In this document: positions 1 to 7,746 of the stretch, in pieces | How the letters are laid out: each line of letters opens with the position of its first letter | Numbering within the stretch: the first letter of the stretch is position 1 | Assembly (NCBI GenBank): GCA_023898645.1 | Contig: CP060232.1 | Coordinates: 840,001 to 872,000 of the forward strand | DNA: 32,000 nucleotides | Reading direction: 5' to 3' | From: Candidatus Saccharimonadota bacterium | GTDB lineage: Bacteria > Patescibacteriota > Saccharimonadia > Saccharimonadales > Saccharimonadaceae | Program-made: the position numbers and the translations under genes | The notes under the pieces: model-generated | What the model was told of the DNA's origin: nothing | Database searches by the model: none | What the model saw: the letters and a program-made list of their open reading frames with translations, nothing else

Positions 1-147
1 AAGTAATGTGACATGGGGCACTAGTGGTTTAAGCGCCACTTCGTTCGTTTCATGCAGCCGCCACTTCAGTTCAGCAATTTGCCGGTCTAACTCTGGCGGT
101 AGGGCAATCCCGATAAAATACACCTCTTGATGCGGCATGTCATCCAT
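1..147 (-). CDS. 2H phosphoesterase / 2'-5' RNA ligase (LigT/ThpR)-like protein, N-terminal 49 codons only (gene runs off the window)
   Basis: Absent from the ORF track because the window edge cuts it. Minus-strand translation from the ATG at 147 gives MDDMPHQEVYFIGIALPPELDRQIAELKWRLHETNEVALKPLVPHVTLL. The short N-terminus, a hydrophobic strand followed by LP, and a first H-x-T-x motif (HVTL) about 45 aa in fit the 2H-superfamily pattern. An alternative ATG lies at 138. Confidence 0.5.
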   Translation of the reverse strand, partial: MDDMPHQEVYFIGIALPPELDRQIAELKWRLHETNEVALKPLVPHVTLL

Positions 148-192
148 ATATTCATGGTAACGTGGTCGGCAGAGAATAGCTACCGCGCCCGT

Positions 193-237
193 TAAAAATG
201 CCCGCGCCGGAAACTCGTATGAATTTCCAGCGCGGGC
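193..237 (-). terminator. Rho-independent terminator after the 259-636 gene
   Basis: Minus strand: GCCCGCGCUGGAAA (237-224) pairs with UUUCCGGCGCGGGC (213-200). This is 14 bp with one U.G pair, which would be A.C on the plus strand. The loop is 10 nt and is followed by AUUUUUAA. Confidence 0.7.
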
Positions 238-258
238 TTTGCGCAAACTTAGTCAGCC

Positions 259-636
259 TTAGCCGCCACTAATACTATCTATGTAGTCAACGAGGGCTGT
301 ACGAAGTGATAGATTAAGATATTTTTTGCGTTCGCGCGACGTTACATCACGTACTCGCTCAATCTTCAAGCGATTGAACTGATACAGCTCCGGTGGCTTG
401 AAGTCATCCGTACCTTCTACGTACGACATCTCTTCGATAAACTGGTGCAGGACAAGCTGCCGAATCGCATGATTGTTAGAATTAGTCAAAGCTTCGGTCG
501 CCACGCTGTCGAGTAGTGGCATCCGCACCTCAAACTTACCGCAAACAATGTTGTACATACCGATTTGTCGTGCACTCTTCACGATACCGATGAGCCGCTT
601 GGGCAAGTTCGCTACCTTGATCTGCCTCATTTTCAT
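259..636 (-). CDS. Hypothetical protein (about 125 aa); the ORF is open up to 690
   Basis: ORF-track frame 259..690. I prefer the ATG at 636 (MKMRQIKVANLPKRL...) because GAGG/GAGAG lies 6-17 nt upstream, whereas the ATG at 690 has no purine-rich RBS. I recognise no family. The terminator at 193-237 follows it. Confidence 0.5.
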   Translation of the reverse strand: MKMRQIKVANLPKRLIGIVKSARQIGMYNIVCGKFEVRMPLLDSVATEALTNSNNHAIRQLVLHQFIEEMSYVEGTDDFKPPELYQFNRLKIERVRDVTSRERKKYLNLSLRTALVDYIDSISGG

Positions 637-781
637 AGTAACTCTCAATCCTCGAGTTGCGAGCCGCAGTGCGACTATGGCCTCAATCATGCCATAAAAT
701 GCACTAAAATAAAACCATACCGAAATGACAGTCCGTCCTGGAAAGTCATAATGCTCTCGTCTACAAATACCGCAAAACTCA

Positions 782-790
782 TGATATAGT
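782..790 (+). promoter_or_regulatory. Putative extended -10 promoter (TGATATAGT) for the metK leader
   Basis: TGnTATAGT lies about 20 nt upstream of the first riboswitch helix. No clear -35 element. Confidence 0.35.
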
Positions 791-810
791 CAGGTAGTAC
801 ATTAATTAAT

Positions 811-967
811 CAGTATCCAGAGTGCAGCGAGAGATCTAGCTCTACGACCTGCCGGCAACCTGTTCGCATACGTGTGCATAAGGTGCCCCCTCTAGCCCTA
901 GCGGAAAGATAAATGCGCAAGCTCCTTTTCTGCCGCGTGGGCGACAGATACGAAAGGAGTTATTTTT
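811..967 (+). promoter_or_regulatory. SAM-I (S-box) riboswitch: aptamer about 811-913, then an SD-sequestering, terminator-like expression platform (914-967)
   Basis: Sequence: UAUCCAGAGUGCAGCGAGAGAUCUAGCUCUACGACCUGCCGGCAACC...AAGGUGCC...GCGGAAAGAUAAA. It carries the S-box blocks in the expected order:
- P1: UAUC/GAUA
- AGAG
- kink-turn-like GAGAGA...GA
- P2a: GCAG/CUGC
- P2b: GAG/CUC, covarying with the usual GGG/CCC
- GGCAACC
- AAGGUGC
- AAAGAU

Downstream, CUCCUUUUC (923-931) pairs with GAAAGGAG (952-959), which is the metK SD. UUAUUUUU and the ATG follow. It sits directly upstream of metK, the classic context. Confidence 0.8.
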
Positions 968-1942
968 ATGCCAAAATTCAGAACTGCCGAATCGGTAAGC
1001 CCGAAACATCCGGATAAAATATGTGATCAGATTTCTGACGCTATTCTGGATGCGCATCTGACGCAAGATTCTCACGCGAGAGTGGCAATCGATGTAACTG
1101 GCGGTCACGGTACCGTATTTGTAACAGGCGAGGTAACGTCTAAGGCGACTGACATAGACGTAGCCAGCATAGTTCGACGAATCGCAGGCGACGTAGAAGT
1201 CATAGAACATATCTTTAACCAGAGTGGCGAAATTGCCCGCGGCGTGGACACGGGCGGCGCAGGCGACCAAGGCATTATGGTAGGTTACGCCACCGGCGAA
1301 ACTGAAGAACTGCTGCCGCTCGAAGTCGTACTTGCACGTCGGCTCAATCAATATCTATATGAAAAATGGGAATATGATGGCAAGACACAGATCACATTAA
1401 CCGACGGCGAAATCGTCTCTGTAGTAGCTAGTTTTCAGCATGCGCCGAGTAACAAATTGCGACGACGATTGGATGCCTGGCTGGACAATGAACCGCTGGC
1501 AAAACCGGCGAAAAACATTGAATTTCATGTCAATCCAAGCGGAGACTGGGAGCAGGGCGGTTTTGACGCTGACGCCGGCCTGACTGGTCGCAAACTCGTC
1601 GTCGACAACTACGGCCCACGAATTCCGATAGGTGGCGGTGCTTTTAGTGGCAAAGACCCAAGCAAGGTCGACCGTTCGGCAGCATATGCCGCGCGTAAAG
1701 TCGCAATTGATTACTTAAAAAAGGAAAAAGCGAATGAAGTTTTCGTTTACCTTGCATACGCCATAGGCCACGATCAGCCACTTGAAGCTACTGTTGTCGT
1801 GGACGGTCGCGAAGAAAAAGTAGAAGGCTATGATTTGTCGCCAAATGGCATCATAAAACTCCTTGACCTGAAACGTCCTGTTTATGAGCAGACTGCTCGC
1901 TACGGTCACTTTGGCCATCCTGACTTCACTTGGGAAAAGTAG
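968..1942 (+). CDS. metK: S-adenosylmethionine synthetase (compact 324-aa form)
   Basis: MetK signatures are present: SVSPKHPDKICDQISDAILD, GAGDQGIM, GLTGRKLVVDNYG, GGGAFSGKDPSKVDRSAAYAARKVA and ARYGHFG. A SAM-I riboswitch precedes the gene. Confidence 0.95.
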   Translation: MPKFRTAESVSPKHPDKICDQISDAILDAHLTQDSHARVAIDVTGGHGTVFVTGEVTSKATDIDVASIVRRIAGDVEVIEHIFNQSGEIARGVDTGGAGDQGIMVGYATGETEELLPLEVVLARRLNQYLYEKWEYDGKTQITLTDGEIVSVVASFQHAPSNKLRRRLDAWLDNEPLAKPAKNIEFHVNPSGDWEQGGFDADAGLTGRKLVVDNYGPRIPIGGGAFSGKDPSKVDRSAAYAARKVAIDYLKKEKANEVFVYLAYAIGHDQPLEATVVVDGREEKVEGYDLSPNGIIKLLDLKRPVYEQTARYGHFGHPDFTWEK

Positions 1943-1971
1943 GATGCAATAAAACATGCTATACTTTGTAT

Positions 1972-2274
1972 ATGAAAGCAACTTGGAACAACACAGTTAT
2001 CGCAGAGGCACCGAAAGAGGAGTTAATCCGTATCGAAGGTAATTGGTATTTTCCGCCACATGCTATAAAACGTGAGTACTACAAAGACAGTGACCACCAC
2101 ACTACCTGTCCCTGGAAGGGCGAGGCAAGCTACTATGATGTCGTCGTCGATGGTCAAACAAACGAATTTGGGGCCTGGTACTATCCGGAACCGAAAGAAG
2201 GATCAGTTGAACGCGTCGGCAAGGACTACAAAGACTACGTGGCGTATTGGAACGGTATTGAAATAACCGAATAG
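1972..2274 (+). CDS. DUF427 domain protein
   Basis: MKATWNNTVIAEAP..IEGNWYFPP...TCPWKGEASYYDV...AWYYPEP...VAYW matches the DUF427 pattern as I recall it. The ATG at 1972 is preferred over the TTG at 1930, which overlaps the metK stop. Confidence 0.75.
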   Translation: MKATWNNTVIAEAPKEELIRIEGNWYFPPHAIKREYYKDSDHHTTCPWKGEASYYDVVVDGQTNEFGAWYYPEPKEGSVERVGKDYKDYVAYWNGIEITE

Positions 2275-2290
2275 TCAATCCGTCGAAATT

Positions 2291-2335
2291 TTATACGGTT
2301 AAACCCTTGTGCTTAGCAAGGGTTTAACCGTATAA
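2291..2335 (+). terminator. Perfect 19-bp hairpin (possible terminator or insulator without a U-tract)
   Basis: TTATACGGTTAAACCCTTG (2291-2309), loop TGCTTAG, then CAAGGGTTTAACCGTATAA (2317-2335). It lies between the DUF427 gene and the histidine kinase. No clear T-run follows, so its function is uncertain. Confidence 0.45.
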
Positions 2336-2453
2336 TACCGCTTAAGCCTGTCGTCATAAAAAGGGGAGGCCATATACCATTAAACTTACAGCGCTAACAC
2401 CGTTCTGGCATCGCCGCGCCTGCGAGGCAGTTGCCCTAATTGACGCCATTATA

Positions 2454-4490
2454 TTGGCGTTGTTTGCGTGGGTAAATATAGAAGGTATCGATGATCCTAA
2501 TGCCGGGTTTACCGTCAGTATACTTGCAGTCGTCATCAGCTTTGTCAGTTTTATTATTGCTGGCGCATCTTATTTCTTCGCTAAGGAAAAATTCCGTACC
2601 AGTAGCGTTCTCGCCGCGTATGTCCTGCTCGTTATTGCTATCGGGGTAGTCATTTTACAAACCGGCCAATACAGTTCACCGTTTTTGGTGCTCTGGATAA
2701 TATCCGCGTTCTTCAGCGGCATATTCGGCATACCTGTTACCGCCTTTTTACTTACCGGACTCGGCGGGTATACCGTCTGGGCAATAACGACAAACCAATT
2801 AGCAAGTAGTCGGGTACTCGGCATTCTTTTGGCCGGCCTACTTCCGCTGCTTATCAGTTATGTACTGTGGCACGGAAAGGCAAGTAGCGACAAGACTAAA
2901 GATAAAGCCTTTTACGATTTAGAGAACAAACTGAATCAAGTCGCGAATAAAGCCGATGTTGTAATTGGCGCCATCAGCGACGGCGTTATTGCCATAAACA
3001 ACAAACAACAAATCGAGCTAATCAACGCCGCCGCGCAGCGACTCGTAGGATGGAAGGACCAGGACGCACTCCATCTGGATTACAAGTCGGTCCTACAGCT
3101 ACTCTCGAACGACGGCCATGAGCTCGACAACTCAAAAAATCCAATTCTTGAGGTCCTAACCACCAATCAACCAAAACGACGTAATGACCTGCAACTACTA
3201 ACCAGCTCCGGCAAAAAAATTACCGTCGAAGTTATCGTGTCTCCGATTGGTCGACTAGGCTCCGGTGCCATTATCGTGTTCCGCGACATCACCAAAGAAC
3301 TAGTAGAAGAGCGTGCTCAGGCAGAATTCATTAGCACCGCCAGTCACGAAATGCGCACACCGGTAGCATCAATCGAAGGATATTTGGGTCTAGTATTAAA
3401 TCCTGCAACGGCACAAATTGACGACAAGGCTCGTGAATTTATCACAAAAGCTCACGCCTCGGCTCAACACTTAGGCCGCTTGCTCCAAGATCTACTTGAC
3501 GTCACAAAAGCAGACGACGGACGCCTGTCTAACAATCCTAAAGTAATCGACCTTGTCGTCTTTGTTGGCGGTGTAATCGAAGAGCTCAACTCAAAAGCAC
3601 AAGAAAAGGGACTGAGACTGTTTTTCAAACCTGCAACTGACAGCACCAAAGGAAGCTCGCGTACAGTTGAACCAGTATTTTTCGTCAACCTTGACGCAGA
3701 TCATTTGCATGAGGTCGTGATCAATCTTGTCGAAAACGCCATCAAATACACTCCTGCCGGAGAAGTCGTCGTCGACATCAAAGGCGATGACGATCATGTA
3801 GTCGTTTCAATCACCGATAGCGGCATCGGTATACCGACCGAAGACATCCCGCACCTGTTCCAAAAATTCTATCGCGTGGACAATAGTGACACGCGTGAAA
3901 TCGGAGGAACCGGACTAGGTCTCTACCTCTGCCGTCGCCTGACAGAGACGATGGGAGGACGAATTTGGGTTGAAAGCGAATATAAGAAAGGGTCAACGTT
4001 CTCAGTTGAGCTTCCACGTATATCACATACCGAGGCCAACCACCTTATTGATATGTCGTCACCAGAAAATGGCAGCGGCACTGCTGAGCTTGGTGAAATA
4101 GCCGCACCGACCGCTGATGAAAATGACGACAGCTCCGACATCGGACAAGGAAGCATGCCGATGGTACAACGTGCCGAAGCCCTAAAAACACCTATAATTA
4201 CCGACCACAAAAAAAGTCTCAAAGCGGCAACTCCAACTGCTACACAAGTTAAAACGCCACAAGTAGCACCACAACCGCCGACGCCAGTCGCTCCAGCACC
4301 AACCGCGCCACAAGTAGCACCACAACCGCCGACGCCAGTCGCTCCAGCACCAACCGCGCCACAAGTAGCACCACAACCGCCGACGCCAGTCGCTCCAGCA
4401 CCAACCGCGCCACAAGTAGCACAGGTTGCCGCTGGGGCTGTCGGCCCGCAAGATCCACGAATTGCACAGCTTGCAGTACCTAAACGTTAA
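2454..4490 (+). CDS. Membrane sensor histidine kinase (multi-TM N-terminus, PAS-like, HisKA, HATPase_c) with a Pro-rich repeat tail
   Basis: Motifs: H-box FISTASHEMRTPVASIEGYL, N-box NLVENAIKYT, G1 DSGIGI, G2 GGTGLGLYL. There are about 5 hydrophobic segments in aa 20-135 and a PAS-like stretch (VVIGAISDGVIAINNKQQIELINAAAQRLVGW). The start is uncertain. The TTG at 2454 has no RBS. The frame is open back to 2346 and a strong GGGGAGG (2363-2369) sits 9 nt before an in-frame ATT at 2379. Confidence 0.9.
   Translation: MALFAWVNIEGIDDPNAGFTVSILAVVISFVSFIIAGASYFFAKEKFRTSSVLAAYVLLVIAIGVVILQTGQYSSPFLVLWIISAFFSGIFGIPVTAFLLTGLGGYTVWAITTNQLASSRVLGILLAGLLPLLISYVLWHGKASSDKTKDKAFYDLENKLNQVANKADVVIGAISDGVIAINNKQQIELINAAAQRLVGWKDQDALHLDYKSVLQLLSNDGHELDNSKNPILEVLTTNQPKRRNDLQLLTSSGKKITVEVIVSPIGRLGSGAIIVFRDITKELVEERAQAEFISTASHEMRTPVASIEGYLGLVLNPATAQIDDKAREFITKAHASAQHLGRLLQDLLDVTKADDGRLSNNPKVIDLVVFVGGVIEELNSKAQEKGLRLFFKPATDSTKGSSRTVEPVFFVNLDADHLHEVVINLVENAIKYTPAGEVVVDIKGDDDHVVVSITDSGIGIPTEDIPHLFQKFYRVDNSDTREIGGTGLGLYLCRRLTETMGGRIWVESEYKKGSTFSVELPRISHTEANHLIDMSSPENGSGTAELGEIAAPTADENDDSSDIGQGSMPMVQRAEALKTPIITDHKKSLKAATPTATQVKTPQVAPQPPTPVAPAPTAPQVAPQPPTPVAPAPTAPQVAPQPPTPVAPAPTAPQVAQVAAGAVGPQDPRIAQLAVPKR
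4257..4422 (+). repeat. Perfect 51-bp tandem repeat, 3 full copies plus a 14-bp partial, in frame in the kinase tail
   Basis: The unit CCACAAGTAGCACCACAACCGCCGACGCCAGTCGCTCCAGCACCAACCGCG occurs at 4257, 4308 and 4359 with no mismatch. It encodes (PQVAPQPPTPVAPAPTA)x3. Confidence 0.95.
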
Positions 4491-4551
4491 AAACATAAAA
4501 AGCATAAGGGGTATAGTATTTTCCGCAATGCTTTAGTAGAATGGGGGTAAT

Positions 4552-5559
4552 ATGACAAAGATTTTATTAGTAGAAGATGACAAAAGTTTGCGCGAAATCT
4601 ATGGTGTTCGTCTACTTGCGGAGGGTTACGACATCGTTTCTGCAGGTGACGGCGAAGAAGCACTTGCTATGGCCATAAAAGAGAAGCCTCACCTTATCAT
4701 TAGTGACGTCATGATGCCCAAAATTAGTGGCTTCGACATGCTAGATATTTTGCGAAGTACCACTGAAACTCGTGACATAAAGGTCATTATGATGACAGCG
4801 TTATCAAGTGAAGACCAACGATCACGTGGCGAACAGCTTGGTGCCGATAAATATCTCGTGAAATCACAAGTTGGTATCGAAGATGTCGTACGTACTGTCC
4901 ATGAAGTCCTCGGAGACTCAAGTGGCGGAGACGCATCTGCAGCATCGACAGAAAGCAAAGACACAGCACCAGCTGCCGATGCCGCAAAGCAAGCCGAGAC
5001 ACCAGCAACCGAAAAAACCGAATCAACCGATAACGAAAATAAAGAGGAAAACATGCAACCAACCGACAACGCAAACCCGACCGTACCAACAGTAGAACCA
5101 ACTGACACGTCTTCACCTGCTCCAGTAGCTTCAACACCCGGCAACGAAGACGCCGGCCCGCTGCCTCCTCAGCCAAGTGAAGTTGAAAGTACATTACCTC
5201 AACCGACTGCACCGTTTTCATCACCAGCACCAAATAGCTTAGGCGAGCAAATTACTCAACCTGAAACACCGGCAGAGAACACGTCTGTTGATTCAGTTCT
5301 TCCACCTGTTGCGCCTGTTGAAAGTGAATCTGTAGCGCCTTCTGAACCGGTCCAGCCACCAGTAAGTGAGTCCGTAGACACAACTACGCCAACAGTAGGC
5401 ACCGAGCCTGTCGTTGAAGCGCCTGCACTCTCAGGATCACCTGTAGTGGAGCCAGTTTCATCTGAGCAACCCGCCTTTGCACCAGCTCCTGCTGAAAGCG
5501 TAGAAGCTCCTAGTACTGACGACGGCTCAACACCAGTCGCAGGTACACCCGCCGCCTAG
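4552..5559 (+). CDS. Response regulator: receiver (REC) domain plus an acidic P/T/S/E/V/A-rich tail of about 215 aa, with no recognisable output domain
   Basis: The REC catalytic set is intact: E8-D9-D10 (LLVEDDK), the phospho-acceptor D in IISDVMMP, T in MMTALS and K in YLVKS. After about aa 120 the sequence is low complexity to the end (..TESKDTAPAADAAKQAETPATEKTESTD..PVAPVESESVAPSEPVQPPVSE..). Confidence 0.9.
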   Translation: MTKILLVEDDKSLREIYGVRLLAEGYDIVSAGDGEEALAMAIKEKPHLIISDVMMPKISGFDMLDILRSTTETRDIKVIMMTALSSEDQRSRGEQLGADKYLVKSQVGIEDVVRTVHEVLGDSSGGDASAASTESKDTAPAADAAKQAETPATEKTESTDNENKEENMQPTDNANPTVPTVEPTDTSSPAPVASTPGNEDAGPLPPQPSEVESTLPQPTAPFSSPAPNSLGEQITQPETPAENTSVDSVLPPVAPVESESVAPSEPVQPPVSESVDTTTPTVGTEPVVEAPALSGSPVVEPVSSEQPAFAPAPAESVEAPSTDDGSTPVAGTPAA

Positions 5560-5583
5560 AACAACGTGCTATCATAATCCGTA

Positions 5584-6273
5584 GTGAATATTGTCTTTCC
5601 TATTCGTTTAAACAAATACCTGGCTCAGGTCAGTGGTATATCGCGCCGTAATGCCGACGATCTGATTAGTGGCAAACGCGTCACTATTGACGGTAAAGTT
5701 GCAACACTAGGTGACAGAGTCGAAGAGGGTAATGAGGTACGAGTTAACGGTAAACCGATTAATACTGATGTGTCATTTATATACGTAGCGCTCCACAAAC
5801 CGCGCGGCTATGTTTGCTCACGCAAACGTCAAGGCGACAGCCCAACCATATATGAACTGTTACCTGATAAATATCATTCACTCAAAACAGCTGGCCGGCT
5901 CGATCGAGATAGCAGTGGAATTATATTGCTTACCAATGACGGTGATTTCGCGCAGCGCATGACACACCCTAGTTATCACAAGGTAAAACGCTATACTGTT
6001 GAGCTCGACAAACCGCTGGAGCCACTTCATCAGCAAATGATTAATGATTTTGGCGTCGACCTTGAAGACGGCAAAAGCAAACTAACTCTCGAAAGGGAGT
6101 CAGATGACCGCAAACGATGGGTTGTTACTATGAGCGAAGGTCGCAATCGACAAATTCGGCGTACGTTCATAGCACTCGGCTATACAGTTACGACTCTGCA
6201 TAGAACTGATTTCGGACCGTACCACGTACATGACATAAAAGAAGGTTCTTTCGAAATTACAGAACCTAAATAG
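5584..6273 (+). CDS. rRNA pseudouridine synthase, RsuA/RluB/RluF family (S4 domain plus catalytic domain)
   Basis: GTG start. S4-like RLNKYLAQVSGISRRNADDLISGKRVTIDG. Catalytic motif GRLDRDSSGIILLTNDGDFAQRMTHP, plus EGRNRQIRR. Confidence 0.9.
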   Translation: MNIVFPIRLNKYLAQVSGISRRNADDLISGKRVTIDGKVATLGDRVEEGNEVRVNGKPINTDVSFIYVALHKPRGYVCSRKRQGDSPTIYELLPDKYHSLKTAGRLDRDSSGIILLTNDGDFAQRMTHPSYHKVKRYTVELDKPLEPLHQQMINDFGVDLEDGKSKLTLERESDDRKRWVVTMSEGRNRQIRRTFIALGYTVTTLHRTDFGPYHVHDIKEGSFEITEPK

Positions 6274-6322
6274 CGCACAAAACGTCCATTTACCACCTCT
6301 GTATATACGTAAAAATTGTGAA

Positions 6323-7594
6323 ATGTCTCACGATAAAGCGTATAATAAACGACTACTGATGTCGAAAGAATTGGTGAGGAAAAAAGAGAGGGTATATATA
6401 TCAGACTGGGTTGGGCGCGCGCTCAGCATTACAAGCCTGACTTCAATGCTCATGATGCCCGCAGGCACGTACGCGTCGCTCCAACCAGACGCAGCACCAT
6501 TCAACCCCGGAATTACGCTACAGGACGCGCAAACTAGCCCTCCGGTTGAACAAACCGCACCGATTATCACTTACAACGAAAAGACGGGTCTGACACGTGA
6601 TACTGGTACTGATATGCAATCATGCCTCGACTTTGTCGTCTGCGGTACCGATTTAGGTATACCATTTCGTCTACCAAATGGCGCCAGCGTCGGATATCTT
6701 TTTGGCGACACGTTCGCAGTAAAAGGGCCGTTTATCAAAGACAGTGAGTTGCCACCGAGTGGTGATCAATACCGTGCACAGGTGATGCTACGATCAGATA
6801 CGATACCGACAAAAGGTCAGCCAATCACATTTGACGGCGCAGCGGGCTTGGAAAGTGCAAATACAGGCACGGCACCAGAGTTCCTTGGCCAATGGCACAT
6901 ACTCGTCAACGATGGTATCAGTCTCCCCGACGGTAGTGTCGTCGTCTCGTATCAACACACCGTAGAGGTAAACAATCCGGCCGACAACACGTGGCACACT
7001 GATTATTCCGGATTAGCATGGAGCCCCGATGGTAATCACTTTGAACTTATGGGCCCACACTGGGAAAACACTCAGGACAACAACGACCCATTCCAGATGT
7101 GGTCCATGCAGCTCGATGGCGACTACGTATATATCGTCAGCGACCAAGCCGGACGTAAGTCAGGACCAATGATGCTCTTCCGCGTACGTTGGGATGATAT
7201 GTTCAATGCAGACGCATATACATATTGGAATGGCACCGACTGGGGTAACAAACAAGATGCATCACCAATTATGGACGGCCATTTCGGTGAGCCTTCACTC
7301 CGTAAACTAAGCGACGGAACATGGGCGCTCGGGTACACCGACTACACAGGCGCACCCAAGATTGTCACGCAAACCCTGAAAAATCCGGAAACTGGTCCCG
7401 AAGGAGAATGGAACAAACCAAAAGTACAACTAACATGGCAACAACAACCCTTTCTCTACGGAGGATTCATTCATCCTGATTCGACCGCTGACAATCTTAT
7501 CCTTATGGTGTCCGTGTGGCAAAAACAGAACGACGGTTCCGAGCACGGCAAGTTAGTTCAATATGACGTGTCACATTTAGTAGGGTCACTCTAG
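6323..7594 (+). CDS. Secreted or anchored DUF4185-like (GH183-like) beta-propeller glycosidase-family protein, paralog 1
   Basis: The N-terminus has a hydrophobic signal or anchor (WVGRALSITSLTSMLMMPAGTYA/S). The body has the pattern I associate with DUF4185: GTDLGIPF, GDTF, RS(D/N)T.P, NDGISLP, SGLAWSPDGNHF, YVYIVS..GR...MMLFRV, YW, FGEPS, YGGFIHP. The assignment is from memory and was not checked with an HMM. The start could instead be the ATG at 6359. Confidence 0.6.
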   Translation: MSHDKAYNKRLLMSKELVRKKERVYISDWVGRALSITSLTSMLMMPAGTYASLQPDAAPFNPGITLQDAQTSPPVEQTAPIITYNEKTGLTRDTGTDMQSCLDFVVCGTDLGIPFRLPNGASVGYLFGDTFAVKGPFIKDSELPPSGDQYRAQVMLRSDTIPTKGQPITFDGAAGLESANTGTAPEFLGQWHILVNDGISLPDGSVVVSYQHTVEVNNPADNTWHTDYSGLAWSPDGNHFELMGPHWENTQDNNDPFQMWSMQLDGDYVYIVSDQAGRKSGPMMLFRVRWDDMFNADAYTYWNGTDWGNKQDASPIMDGHFGEPSLRKLSDGTWALGYTDYTGAPKIVTQTLKNPETGPEGEWNKPKVQLTWQQQPFLYGGFIHPDSTADNLILMVSVWQKQNDGSEHGKLVQYDVSHLVGSL

Positions 7595-7668
7595 GTGCGC
7601 CTTTAATCTCAGCCGATTGGCACTTTATCCTTACACAAAAAGCCTATTGTGCTTATGTCAAAACTATG

Positions 7669-7696
7669 TTGAATATATTGTACACGGGTGTATAAT
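7669..7696 (+). promoter_or_regulatory. Sigma70-type promoter for paralog 2 (TTGAAT, 16 nt, TATAAT)
   Basis: TTGAAT at 7669-7674 and TATAAT at 7691-7696. AGGAGGA lies 6 nt before the ATG at 7747. Confidence 0.55.
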
Positions 7697-7746
7697 GGCC
7701 GAAACTACACATCTCTGTAGCGCACCTAAAATCAGGAGGAAAAACA

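Noticed and set aside
148-252. In-frame upstream extension of the 2H-phosphoesterase-like ORF (open to a TTG at 246)
   Set aside because: It would read through the terminator hairpin at 193-237, and family members start close to the first beta-strand. The ATG at 147 (or 138) is preferred.
842-1351. 169-aa minus-strand ORF overlapping the riboswitch and the metK 5' end
   Set aside because: It is antisense to a confidently identified MetK and S-box element, and its composition is not protein-like.
4182-5233. Several minus-strand ORFs (4182-4505, 4249-4467, 4689-5144, 4787-5233) and a plus-strand ORF (4871-5095)
   Set aside because: They are generated by the tandem repeat and low-complexity tails of the kinase and regulator genes. 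Their repetitive Trp/Arg/Cys-rich or Leu/Val-rich translations are not plausible proteins.
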